Part shown: positions 20,502-30,080 of the stretch, piece after piece
Layout: each line of letters opens with the position of its first letter
Position numbering within the stretch: the stretch's first letter is position 1
From: Candidatus Kerfeldbacteria bacterium
Lineage (GTDB): Bacteria > Patescibacteriota > Patescibacteriia > SBBC01 > CAIJZX01
Length of the DNA stretch: 64,000 bases
Reading direction: 5' to 3'
Assembly: GCA_903825245.1 (NCBI GenBank)
Contig: CAIJZX010000014.1
Location: forward strand, 1,655-65,654
Translations under genes and position numbers: made by a program
The notes under the pieces: model-generated
The model's database searches: none
Seen by the model: only the letters and a program-made list of their open reading frames with translations
Told to the model about the DNA's origin: nothing

Positions 20502-20610
20502 GACCCAGCACCACAATGACTAAAGTTCTGCCCCAGTTCGATTCTATATTATCTCGTAGATAGATATAAAATTCAGGCAAAACAACAATCAATCATTGTG
20601 GTGCTAGGTT
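20502..20610. repeat. MITE-like long inverted repeat between divergent promoters
   Basis: GACCCAGCACCACAATGA (20502-20519) pairs with TCATTGTGGTGCTAGGTT (20593-20610); the interior is also partly self-complementary. Confidence 0.6.
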
Positions 20611-20643
20611 GAACGGTGAGGAATAAAATGGTATAATTCGCAC

Positions 20644-21450
20644 ATGTTTCTTCATACCTGGCATCCACACCCGCTCGCCGCCACGATCGCCAATATCCAA
20701 CTCCACTGGTACGGTGTTCTCTTAGCCGTCGCTGCTTTGGCCGGGATTGGTATGATGGAATGGCTAGGGAAAAAATACCGACTTGATACCAATCGTTTAT
20801 TTGATTTGGCGCTTATCACCCTCGTGGTCGGGTTCATTGGGGCGCGACTGTATCACGTCTTAAACGAACTGACATACTATCAGACCCATTTATCCGATAT
20901 TTTCAAAGTCTGGAATGGTGGCTTAGCGCTTCATGGGGGCATTGTTGCTGGTGGCGCGGCTTTATTCTTTTTCGCGCGACGTTGGAAGTGGAATCCGTGG
21001 TTGATTGCTGATATTACAGTCCCGGCACTAGCGATCGGGCAAGCAATCGGCCGCTGGGGAAATTATTTCAATCAGGAGCTGTTCGGTAAACCAACCTCAC
21101 TGCCGTGGGGAATTCCGATTGATCTCATGAACCGCCAATCGCCATTCTTGACCGAACAGTTTTTCCATCCGACATTTTTGTACGAATCGCTTGGCCTATT
21201 AATCATCACCGTCGGATTGTTCTTGATGCATCGACGCCAGTGGACAACAAAAGGTGTGAAAGCGGGAACGATAACCCTCGCCTACATTATTTCATACTCA
21301 GCATTGCGAATGGCGACAGAATTTTTACGCATCGATCGCACGCCGATCATCGGCGGTATTCGTTTACCAATCCTCGTCAGCGGCCTCTTTATTCTCGCCG
21401 CAATTGTCATCCTTGTTATCCGCAATCGCCACCATGCAAAAACTGTTTGA
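20644..21450 (+). CDS. lgt: Prolipoprotein diacylglyceryl transferase
   Basis: HWYGVL, GARLYHV, GGLALHGG, QAIGRWGNYFNQELFG, HPTFLYES. Confidence 0.96.
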   Translation: MFLHTWHPHPLAATIANIQLHWYGVLLAVAALAGIGMMEWLGKKYRLDTNRLFDLALITLVVGFIGARLYHVLNELTYYQTHLSDIFKVWNGGLALHGGIVAGGAALFFFARRWKWNPWLIADITVPALAIGQAIGRWGNYFNQELFGKPTSLPWGIPIDLMNRQSPFLTEQFFHPTFLYESLGLLIITVGLFLMHRRQWTTKGVKAGTITLAYIISYSALRMATEFLRIDRTPIIGGIRLPILVSGLFILAAIVILVIRNRHHAKTV

Positions 21451-22669
21451 TTCGGAGCTTCAACCGTTTATCGACGCCGAACTTCGCCGCCAGCGTGACG
21501 GTTTAGAAATGATCGCCTCGGAGAATTATGTTTCCGAAGCTGTTTTGGCCGCACTTGGCAGTATTACCACCAATAAATACGCCGAAGGCTATCCGGGAAA
21601 ACGGTACTACGGTGGTTGTGAAAATATCGATGGCATTGAACAGTTGGCGATTGATCGCGCCAAAAAACTTTTCGGCGCCGAACATGTTAACGTTCAACCG
21701 CTCTCCGGCGCGCCGGCAAACATCGCCGTTTATTCGGCGCTGTTGCAGCCTGGCGACACAGTACTTGGTATGGATCTTAGCCACGGTGGCCACCTAACGC
21801 ACGGTCATCCGATAACGTGGATGGCTAAACTGTACAATTTTATTCGATACAAAACAGATTTATCGACCGGACTCATCGATTTCGATCAGGTTCGACAACT
21901 TGCTCAAGAGCACAAACCAAAGCTCATCCTCGTCGGCTACTCCGCTTACTCGCGAGCTATTGATTTCCAAAAATTTAAAGATATTGCCGATGAAATTGGC
22001 GCGCTGACTATGGCCGATGTCGCCCACATTGCCGGATTAATCGCCGCGGGACAAATGGATAATCCGGTGCCGCTGTTTGACGTTGTCACGACCACCACCC
22101 ACAAAACACTCCGCGGTCCGCGCGGCGGCATGATTATGGCCAAACAACAACACGCCGCAGTCATCGATAAAGCAGTCTTCCCCGGCTTCCAGGGCGGTCC
22201 GCACGAAAATAATATTATGGCCAAGGCCGTGGCTTTTTATGAAGCGCTCCAGCCGGAGTTCAGGAACTACGCCATCACCATCATGAAGAATGCGAAGGTG
22301 TTGGAAAACATTTTTCGCGACGCCGGGATTCGCATCTGTTTCAACCAGACCGACAATCACCTACTGCTCTTAGATGTCACCTCGATCGGTCTCAGCGGCA
22401 AGCAAGCGCAAGAACTGCTCGATAGCGTTGGCATCACCGTCAATAAAAACATGATTCCCGACGATCCGCGAAAACCGATGGATCCGTCTGGCATTCGCCT
22501 CGGTACTCCGGCACTCACCACGCGCGGATTCACTCCGACCGACATGCAACGCGTCGGCGTGACCATGGTCTCCGTCCTGAAAGCACCCAGCGACACCAAA
22601 GTTGCGGATACCGCGCGAGCAACCATCCAGGAGCTGACCTCCGCTCATCCGCTCTATCCGCATCTGTAA
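21434..22669 (+). CDS. glyA: Serine hydroxymethyltransferase
   Basis: MIASENY, NKYAEGYPGKRYYGG, TTTTHKTLRGPRGG, SGIRLGTP. Confidence 0.97.
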   Translation: MQKLFDSELQPFIDAELRRQRDGLEMIASENYVSEAVLAALGSITTNKYAEGYPGKRYYGGCENIDGIEQLAIDRAKKLFGAEHVNVQPLSGAPANIAVYSALLQPGDTVLGMDLSHGGHLTHGHPITWMAKLYNFIRYKTDLSTGLIDFDQVRQLAQEHKPKLILVGYSAYSRAIDFQKFKDIADEIGALTMADVAHIAGLIAAGQMDNPVPLFDVVTTTTHKTLRGPRGGMIMAKQQHAAVIDKAVFPGFQGGPHENNIMAKAVAFYEALQPEFRNYAITIMKNAKVLENIFRDAGIRICFNQTDNHLLLLDVTSIGLSGKQAQELLDSVGITVNKNMIPDDPRKPMDPSGIRLGTPALTTRGFTPTDMQRVGVTMVSVLKAPSDTKVADTARATIQELTSAHPLYPHL

Positions 22670-22672
22670 TCC

Positions 22673-23479
22673 ATGATCGCTCAACGTCTCGATGGCCGGC
22701 GTGAAGCTGACCGAATTCTTAAACAATTGACGGCTGCCGTGCGACGCGCGCGGCGGCCGATAACATTAGCCACAATTCTTGTCGGCAATCGTTTTGATTC
22801 CGCGTTGTACGTTAAATTAAAACGTCAGGCCGCCGCGCGCGTCGGCATCAATACGGAATACATTCACCTGCCGGAAACGACATCACAAGCGCGACTAGAA
22901 AAAATTATTACCGAACTCAATCGCCGAAAAACTATTCACGGCATTTTGTTGCAATTACCTCTACCGAAACACTTAGATGCTGATGCCGCGATTGCCGTCA
23001 TGGATCCGAAAAAAGATGCTGACGGTTTTCATCAGCGTAATACCTATATCGTGCCACCGCCGGTCGCGGCTGTTTTGCGGCTCATTGCTTTGGGAAAACC
23101 AAAACCGAACAGCTTGGCCACTATTATTGCCAAACCGTCCGTCTTCACCACGCGACTCGCCCATGAATTGGAACAATTACACTACAGCGCAATAATTTTA
23201 CCGCCACATCGATTAATGCGTACCATCACGGCTAAAAGCGATGTTCTCGTAACGGCGCTCGGCGAAGGCTCATTCGTTCTTCCGACAGATGTGAAATCGG
23301 GAGCGATCATTGTTGATGTTGGCATCCGGAAACATGACCTCAAAACTGTCGGCGACGTTACACCGTCGGTTTGGAAAAAGGCCAGCGCGATCAGTCCCGT
23401 TCCAGGCGGCGTCGGTCCGATGACGATTGCGTTTTTACTCTGGAACACGTATCAACTTGCTCGACGCAAAACCGCATAA
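22673..23479 (+). CDS. folD: Methylene-THF dehydrogenase/cyclohydrolase (divergent)
   Basis: YVKLK, HGILLQLPLP, KDADGF, VDVGI, SPVPGGVGPMT. Confidence 0.9.
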   Translation: MIAQRLDGRREADRILKQLTAAVRRARRPITLATILVGNRFDSALYVKLKRQAAARVGINTEYIHLPETTSQARLEKIITELNRRKTIHGILLQLPLPKHLDADAAIAVMDPKKDADGFHQRNTYIVPPPVAAVLRLIALGKPKPNSLATIIAKPSVFTTRLAHELEQLHYSAIILPPHRLMRTITAKSDVLVTALGEGSFVLPTDVKSGAIIVDVGIRKHDLKTVGDVTPSVWKKASAISPVPGGVGPMTIAFLLWNTYQLARRKTA

Positions 23480-23644
23480 GTCCACACTCCTTAGGTGTTT
23501 CCGTACGTGTTCCTGTCTACATGACAAATCGTTAGTACCCGAAGTTATAATGAACAGCAAAACTACGGTTAGGATACATTCCATTGACTCCCTAAAACAG
23601 AAAACCTATACTAGTAATAGATTGTATATACTCACATTACTATC

Positions 23645-23881
23645 ATGGGAATTGAAAATCCAGAAAGCGGATTAGAAGACAAGGGTTTGTGGTTTAATCC
23701 AGAACGCATATTTGAAATGTGGGAATTCAAAGGTTTGCCCGACCATCCTGAGATAACAGAGGCTGAAGCTAAGGACCATGTGACCAAATATATAACCGTC
23801 GGTGATAATGAATATGCCAGCGACGATGATTTGCGTAAGTTTGGGTTTGAGCGTAGAGAAACCCCGACAGAAACGGCATAA
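23645..23881 (+). CDS. Hypothetical acidic protein (78 aa)
   Basis: ORF preceded by TTGACT-17nt-TATACT (23584-23612) and followed by an AGTCGCGT/ACGCGACT hairpin. Confidence 0.6.
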   Translation: MGIENPESGLEDKGLWFNPERIFEMWEFKGLPDHPEITEAEAKDHVTKYITVGDNEYASDDDLRKFGFERRETPTETA

Positions 23882-23914
23882 GAAAAAAGTCGCGTCCAGC
23901 AGATACGCGACTAG

Positions 23915-24499
23915 TTAGGGTGCCGGACTTTTTGCCATCAGCAGGAAATTGTTGACGATCGTTTTATCGAACGGCACATCAACGATCACCAGGAGATTCC
24001 CCTGACTATCGGGAATTCCATGAATGACTACCTTGACATTGGTCGGCCAACGCTGTTCGCCGATTTGCGTGAGGGTTATCCGTACGCCGTTTTCCCTTTG
24101 AAAAGGGTGACCGTGACTATCAAGCACCTGGAACGCAATGGTCATCGCATGGTGGGTAATAAATCCAGGTATCCACGTCATCCGATGAACCGCAACGGAA
24201 TCAATCGGGAAGCGCGTCAGCAAAAAATGTTCTTCGTCTGACACATACTTGTCGTTCGACTCCGAATGGAGAACCATGGTGGCCCAATATTCCGGCAACC
24301 ACTCGTGTTTACCGAATTGCTTGAGCACCAACTCGACGGTACCGTCCGAAGATTGCAACGCTTTCCCCGACTGGTCGGTGATAATAACACCGATTGTGGT
24401 CGGCACCATTTTGATACGGTGCGCCTTGTGTGCCGAAACCGGTGATACGAAGATTATTAGGCCGCAGAACAACGCGGCCACGAACATCGTGCAACGCAT
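23915..24499 (-). CDS. Secreted hypothetical protein with internal duplication
   Basis: GGAGG RBS, signal peptide ending VSA, two similar beta-rich segments. Confidence 0.65.
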   Translation of the reverse strand: MRCTMFVAALFCGLIIFVSPVSAHKAHRIKMVPTTIGVIITDQSGKALQSSDGTVELVLKQFGKHEWLPEYWATMVLHSESNDKYVSDEEHFLLTRFPIDSVAVHRMTWIPGFITHHAMTIAFQVLDSHGHPFQRENGVRITLTQIGEQRWPTNVKVVIHGIPDSQGNLLVIVDVPFDKTIVNNFLLMAKSPAP

Positions 24500-24587
24500 T
24501 GTCTGCCTCCGCTGGTGAAAGGAACAGTACTTCGATGGGCGCATCCTATCCGTCTCTGAGCAGAAAGTCAAATAAAAACGCGGGTCG

Positions 24588-24854
24588 TTAGGCGACTCGC
24601 GTGGTGGGTTCCGAAACGGTGATCAGTGCGGCCAGCGAACTGGCCAGAGTATAGTTGTCGGGGATCCCCAGGATGATGTACGCACTTCGTGCCAGATCAG
24701 CATACTGCCAAACAGCACTTTCGTCGCCGTTCAGAAGTGCCAAGTAGGCACGATCATTAGCGAGCAACAATTCGTAGCGATACCCGCTAATGGTTGCCAG
24801 ATGCCGTTCGTGGATCTCCCTCAAGAGCCTCATCATGATCAGCAGCCGATCCAT
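24588..24854 (-). CDS. Hypothetical helical protein (88 aa)
   Basis: GGAGG RBS 4 nt before the ATG of MDRLLIMMRLL. Confidence 0.55.
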   Translation of the reverse strand: MDRLLIMMRLLREIHERHLATISGYRYELLLANDRAYLALLNGDESAVWQYADLARSAYIILGIPDNYTLASSLAALITVSEPTTRVA

Positions 24855-25008
24855 GGTTCCTCCGTCGTGGAGGTTGAGGGTTGAAGAATACCGGTGAACC
24901 AAGGTGCGGAAATGACCTCCTTTGGTAGTGAAAATCACGACCAAAAACAATACTCCTACGCTACTCCCGAGTTGATTTCGCGTCAAGAGCGTGGTAGTAT
25001 CGTGGCCT

Positions 25009-25809
25009 ATGACGTTTGGTGAATTTATCGAGAAAAATCTGCTCGTTGTTGGAGAATTAAGCCGCGCAAAATTCGGAAAAGTTTCCTCAACGGTAAAAAC
25101 AGAAGATACTAATCAAGTGCTGACCGAGACTGATCTAGAGATTGGGACAGTATTATTGACTGCGATCTCCGCTTCCTATCCCAACCATAATACTATCGAT
25201 GAAGAGACTGGCAGCATCAATCGTGAGTCGGAATACACATGGGTGGTTGACCCGATTGATGGAACAAGTAATTTTGCGAATGGCATCCCGATGTACGGTA
25301 CGTTATTGGGCTTGTTGTATAAAGACGAGCCGGTGGCGGGCGGTATGATTCTTCCATTTTTCAACGACCTATATGTAGCTGAACGCGGCACAGGCACGTT
25401 GCATAATGGTACAAAAACCCACGTTACAGCAGAAAATAAATTGATAAACGTTTTAGTGGGGTACGGAATTGATAGCCACAAAAATGAAGCTGAAAAAACT
25501 CAGGAAGAAATGCAGACCCTTGGAAGGATTATTGATAAGATTCGGAATCTTCGCACTAGTAACAGCGTTTTTGATGCGGCCATGGTCATAGATGGGCGCT
25601 ATGGTGCGTTCCTTAATCGCAATAGTAAAATTTGGGATAACATTGCTCAGCATATTCTCATTGAAGAGGCCGGCGGTGTCTATACCGATTTTTTCGGGCA
25701 TCCAATGAATTATCAAAATGCATTGAATCGAATACCTGAAAACTTTACCTGGTGCGCTGGTGCCCCTGATATTCATAAACAGTTGCAACACATTATTCAT
25801 TCACAGTAA
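25009..25809 (+). CDS. Inositol monophosphatase family protein
   Basis: LTETD, IDEE, WVVDPIDGTSNF, IWDNIA...IEEAGG. Confidence 0.92.
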   Translation: MTFGEFIEKNLLVVGELSRAKFGKVSSTVKTEDTNQVLTETDLEIGTVLLTAISASYPNHNTIDEETGSINRESEYTWVVDPIDGTSNFANGIPMYGTLLGLLYKDEPVAGGMILPFFNDLYVAERGTGTLHNGTKTHVTAENKLINVLVGYGIDSHKNEAEKTQEEMQTLGRIIDKIRNLRTSNSVFDAAMVIDGRYGAFLNRNSKIWDNIAQHILIEEAGGVYTDFFGHPMNYQNALNRIPENFTWCAGAPDIHKQLQHIIHSQ

Positions 25810-25811
25810 TT

Positions 25812-26891
25812 ATGTCCTTCCAAATCGGAATTGTCGGCCTCCCGAACGTCGGAAAATCTTCCCTCTTTCAAGTCCTGACGAAGAAACAAGTTGATACATC
25901 TAACTATCCGTTCGCGACAATCGATCCAAACGTGGGCGTCGTGGCCGTACCTGACGAACGACTTGATGTTCTGACGAAAATGGAACATTCGGCCAAGACC
26001 ATCGCCACCACCATTGAATTCGTCGACATTGCCGGATTGGTGAAAAACGCACACAAAGGAGAAGGACTCGGCAATAAGTTTCTCGCCAATATTCGTGAAG
26101 TGGACGCTATAGCTGAGGTTGTCCGTGCGTTTGAAGATGATAATGTCATCCACGTCGCCGGAAAGGTTGATCCGGCCTCGGACACGGCCACGATTGACAT
26201 CGAATTAGCTATGGCTGACTTGAGCACCGTTGAAAAACGCGTTGATGCCCTCTCGAAACAGAAGAAGGCCGGGTTGAATAAGCAACAAGAACTTGAACTC
26301 GGATTGATGGAAAAAATTCAGGCACATCTCGCCGACGGTAAACCAGTTCGAGATTTTGCCATGACTGACGACGATAAATTGCTCATCAAATCATACAATC
26401 TGCTGACCAGTAAACCCTTACTCTACATTCTCAACGTCAGTGAAGCGCAAGTTGCCACCGCTAACCCGGAAACCTACGGCTTACCGGTAGATCGTACGGT
26501 TGTCATCGCGGTGAAAGTTGAGCAGGAGCTGGCAGGATTAAGTGCCGAGGATACAACGGCGTATTTGAAAGAACTCGGACTCAGTGCCTCCGGTCTCGAC
26601 CGACTTATCCAAGCCGCCTACCGTGCCCTCGGGCTCATCACCTTCCTCACCACCGGCGCCGATGAAACGCGCGCTTGGACAACGACCATCGGTACACCGG
26701 CACCAAAGGCGGCGGCAGTTATTCACACCGATTTTGAAAAGCACTTTATCCGAGCAGAGATTGTATCCTACGCCGACCTTGTAGCCGCCGGATCATGGGA
26801 AGCGACAAAAGCTTCGGGGAAGCTCCGGATTGAAGGAAAAACCTATATTGTCCAAGACGGCGACGTCGTTTTCTTCCGAGTTAACGTATAG
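25812..26891 (+). CDS. ychF: Redox-regulated ATPase YchF
   Basis: GIVGLPNVGKS, NYPFATIDPN, DIAGLVK...GEGLGNKFL, IHTDFEK, TGS C-terminus. Confidence 0.97.
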   Translation: MSFQIGIVGLPNVGKSSLFQVLTKKQVDTSNYPFATIDPNVGVVAVPDERLDVLTKMEHSAKTIATTIEFVDIAGLVKNAHKGEGLGNKFLANIREVDAIAEVVRAFEDDNVIHVAGKVDPASDTATIDIELAMADLSTVEKRVDALSKQKKAGLNKQQELELGLMEKIQAHLADGKPVRDFAMTDDDKLLIKSYNLLTSKPLLYILNVSEAQVATANPETYGLPVDRTVVIAVKVEQELAGLSAEDTTAYLKELGLSASGLDRLIQAAYRALGLITFLTTGADETRAWTTTIGTPAPKAAAVIHTDFEKHFIRAEIVSYADLVAAGSWEATKASGKLRIEGKTYIVQDGDVVFFRVNV

Positions 26892-27016
26892 AATTTTTCC
26901 GTCCACCGTCCAGGGCTTGACGCCGGATTGTTGTTGGTGTCCCAGAGCGTTATACTGACAACAGATTTGCCCCTCACATGGGTTCTGCCAGCAGTCCCAC
27001 CCGATATGGAGGTTGT

Positions 27017-27205
27017 GTGGCTCGACGACGGCAACATCCACCCAGAACACAGCAGTCCAGGCATCACCAAACAACAGTTGACCAGCGCCGGAAAATCAAG
27101 GATTCGGCAAACACTCGTGCAAAACATTTGGGCACAGTGAACCGATGTTTAGTTAATACCAGTCGCGTTGCTCTAGCACTGTTGGCACTGACGCACCTTC
27201 AGTAG
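27017..27205 (+). CDS. Small basic hypothetical protein with hydrophobic C-terminus (62 aa)
   Basis: TATACT upstream, GGAGG before GTG, CCAGTCTCG/CGAGACTGG-TTTTT terminator near 27230-27254. Confidence 0.4.
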   Translation: MARRRQHPPRTQQSRHHQTTVDQRRKIKDSANTRAKHLGTVNRCLVNTSRVALALLALTHLQ

Positions 27206-27291
27206 ATCAACATGCGTCTTTCTTTCGTGCCAGTCTCGACGAGACTGGTTTTTATTATACGTCATCTTTATCAGGCGAGAGAATCGTTAAT

Positions 27292-27330
27292 TCGGCCCCC
27301 TCCTCAAGTGAGGAGGGGTAAGGGGAGGTG
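27292..27330 (+). repeat. REP-like palindromic element
   Basis: TCGGCCCCCTCCTCAAGTGAGGAGGGGTAAGGGGAGGTG. Confidence 0.8.
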
Positions 27331-27382
27331 AAAAATTTCTGTAACACAAAAAACTACTATCTTCGAGGAGAGACTCAACAGG

Positions 27383-28594
27383 TTACGCCACTCGCCACAT
27401 CCGAACCTGTCGACGAACACGAGCATCATCGCGAGCGTAGGTCAGGACGTTTGGGGTAGTAATATGCAGTTTTACCGCCGATGCTTCTGACAACATTGGA
27501 AGTTTTTCAAAACCAAGATTGAGGATTGCCTGTTCAATATCAATCGTCACCGATTCTTCACCGGCAAGAAACTCCGGCCAAATCATCACCACGCGCGCGC
27601 CCGGCTTAAGATGTTTTTTCCACTGCGTAAAACTTTGGAAATACAGCGTGCCGATTTCTTTCGCTTGCGACGCCAGCCAATCGTGCGGTTCATGGCCGCG
27701 CAATGGTTTCCCTAAATACGGCTCCGTCACGATAACGTCCGCTTTCGTCGTTACCTGCCGCGCATCACGCATGGTGATTTCGACATCGGTGCTCAATTCA
27801 GGAAATTCAGAAAATAACCACTTGATGTTTTCCTGGGTTTCTTTCACTGGTCTCGATTCAAGATCGCTGGCTACAATTTTCTTCACGCCCATCAACGCTG
27901 CTTCTTGTACAATCGTCCCCGAACCACAAAACGGATCGAGCAACAAGTCGTCCGGCTTCACTTGAGCGATATTCAACATCATCTGCGCCAACTTCGGCGG
28001 AATCATGCCGCTCTTCGCGTTCGCCGCCGGACGACCGAAATCCCGCAGACCATAGAGTTGGTAATCTTGTACTGCATGTGTCGCGCCGACGATGATTTCA
28101 CTGTCGTTCTTGAAAAAAACAAATTCTTTTCCTTTTTTTATTAGGCCGTTGCGTTGTACTGTCACTGCGGAAAGTTGCTGGTCTTGCGAGGTGACAAATC
28201 GAACCGGCCGATCGGCAGCCACGATTTCTTTTTTTAGGCGCAGAGCGATTTTTTGAATCAACGCGCGGTCGTTTGATGTCCCATTATAGAAACTAACGCC
28301 AAACTCAACGCGGCCGGTTTCGGGAAAATGGCGCTCAATCCACTCCTTCGTCAACTGTTCGTGCAAGGTTTTCGAAACTGATTCTGGCACCGGCCAGTGT
28401 TCAACAACCTGAACCTGCTTAATACTGCCACCTAACCGATTTAATATGCGCTCGGGAAGTGGTTGTTCATGGCGAACAACCGCACCAGCCTCTGACAACG
28501 CCATTACCTCGCCCGACCACAGCGGCGCACGAGCCTCGAGTTCGGCCACGGAAAACTCCGGTTCGCGACCGAGGATAAATAATGTCTCTTCCAT
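27383..28594 (-). CDS. SAM-dependent RNA methyltransferase (Trm11-like)
   Basis: GMIPPKLAQMMLN, LLDPFCGSGTI, IVTEPYLG. Confidence 0.85.
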   Translation of the reverse strand: MEETLFILGREPEFSVAELEARAPLWSGEVMALSEAGAVVRHEQPLPERILNRLGGSIKQVQVVEHWPVPESVSKTLHEQLTKEWIERHFPETGRVEFGVSFYNGTSNDRALIQKIALRLKKEIVAADRPVRFVTSQDQQLSAVTVQRNGLIKKGKEFVFFKNDSEIIVGATHAVQDYQLYGLRDFGRPAANAKSGMIPPKLAQMMLNIAQVKPDDLLLDPFCGSGTIVQEAALMGVKKIVASDLESRPVKETQENIKWLFSEFPELSTDVEITMRDARQVTTKADVIVTEPYLGKPLRGHEPHDWLASQAKEIGTLYFQSFTQWKKHLKPGARVVMIWPEFLAGEESVTIDIEQAILNLGFEKLPMLSEASAVKLHITTPNVLTYARDDARVRRQVRMWRVA

Positions 28595-28629
28595 AGGTCA
28601 TCAGTATAGCGGAATAACGGTTTTCCGCC

Positions 28630-28662
28630 AGTCCCGCACCACAAATTTTGTGGTGCGGGACT
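28630..28662. repeat. Near-perfect palindrome between divergent promoters
   Basis: AGTCCCGCACCACAAATTTTGTGGTGCGGGACT. Confidence 0.7.
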
Positions 28663-28830
28663 AGTCTTTACAGGATCTGAGGGGTATGGTAGAGTGCTCC
28701 CACAACGACGTGCACCCACAAACAGTGGGCGCTCCCAAATGGGACCCATGCGTCAAAACCTTTAGCCCCAAGTATTCGAGGGGCCTATGAGGCGGGTTCC
28801 AAACCCGCTTATTCATTATTGTCCAATCCC

Positions 28831-29337
28831 ATGCAACAGCATTACGACGTCCTCTATATCATCCCCGGCACAAAAGCCGAAGACGAGGTTCCAGCCTTGG
28901 TTGAAAAAGTACATGAACTCCTGAAGGCAAACGGCGCTACGATTGTCAAGCAAGATTTCTGGGGCAAGCGCAAACTGGCTTACGAAATCGATCATATCCG
29001 CTACGGTTACTACGATGCCGTCGAATTCGATATGGAATCGACCACGTTGAATATCCTCGAACAAGCGCTCCGACTCAGTCCAATCGTCCTCCGCTCGCAA
29101 ATCACTCGTCGTAAAGTTTTGACGCCGGAACAAATAGCGGCCAATGCTGAAATCCACGAACGTATCGCCGCTAAACGCGAAGTTGCGAAAGAAAAAGAAG
29201 CGGCTGCGATTATGACCAAGCCTGATGCTAAACCGATTGAGCCAGATGTCGCTCCGGCACCGCAAGCCCCGGTTGAGACGAAGCAACTCGACGAAAAGAT
29301 CGAGGAAATTCTCGGATCTGACAAGGTCGATTTCTAA
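28831..29337 (+). CDS. rpsF: 30S ribosomal protein S6 with C-terminal extension
   Basis: YDVLYII, WGKRKLAYEI, GYY; first gene of rpsF-ssb-rpsR. Confidence 0.93.
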   Translation: MQQHYDVLYIIPGTKAEDEVPALVEKVHELLKANGATIVKQDFWGKRKLAYEIDHIRYGYYDAVEFDMESTTLNILEQALRLSPIVLRSQITRRKVLTPEQIAANAEIHERIAAKREVAKEKEAAAIMTKPDAKPIEPDVAPAPQAPVETKQLDEKIEEILGSDKVDF

Positions 29338-29369
29338 TCCTACATATTTTATCATCTTATTCCACGCCT

Positions 29370-29819
29370 ATGGGATTCAGCCTTAATCGCGCCACTATCC
29401 TCGGGAACGTCACTCGCGATCCTGAGACACGTACCACCACCAGCGGTCAGTCCGTCGTTTCCTTTAGTGTCGCCACGTCGCGACGTTGGAAGGATCAAAC
29501 CTCGGGGGAACTCAAGGAAGCCACTGAATTCCACAATTGCGTTGGCTGGGGCAAGCTCGCCCAAACCATCGGCACCTACGTCCACAAAGGAAGCAAGGTT
29601 TATCTTGAAGGACGCATTCAAACTCGTTCGTGGGATGATCCGACCGGCGCGAAGAAGTACCGCACGGAAATTGTGGCTGAAAGCTTGATCCTCCTCGATA
29701 AGAAAGGTGACAACCCAGTCGTTGGCGCGCCAGCAAGTGCTCCAGCCATCGCCACTGATACCGCTCAACCAGCGGCTCCAACCGAAGAAGAAATTAATAT
29801 TGAAGATATTCCGTTTTAA
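29370..29819 (+). CDS. ssb: Single-stranded DNA-binding protein
   Basis: LNRATILGNVTRDPE, EGRIQTRSW, C-terminal EDIPF. Confidence 0.97.
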   Translation: MGFSLNRATILGNVTRDPETRTTTSGQSVVSFSVATSRRWKDQTSGELKEATEFHNCVGWGKLAQTIGTYVHKGSKVYLEGRIQTRSWDDPTGAKKYRTEIVAESLILLDKKGDNPVVGAPASAPAIATDTAQPAAPTEEEINIEDIPF

Positions 29820-29833
29820 TCCCGACCACCCTT

Positions 29834-30067
29834 ATGCGTCAGAAACAACAACACGCGCCTCTTAAAGAGCGCACCTGCTATCTCTGTGCGAATGCGATCG
29901 ACGAACTCGATTACAAAGATGTTCGCAGTCTGCAACGTTTTACCTCCGCTTCCGGAAAGATTTCCCCGCGTCGGAAGAGCGGTGCCTGTATGAAGCACCA
30001 GCGCATCATCGGCGAAGCGATCAAGCGCGCCCGCATCATGGCCTTGATGCCGTTCACCAACAGCTAA
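29834..30067 (+). CDS. rpsR: 30S ribosomal protein S18
   Basis: DYKDV, GKISPRRKSG, HQR, AIKRARIMALMPF. Confidence 0.96.
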   Translation: MRQKQQHAPLKERTCYLCANAIDELDYKDVRSLQRFTSASGKISPRRKSGACMKHQRIIGEAIKRARIMALMPFTNS

Positions 30068-30080
30068 AGCAGATACAGCT

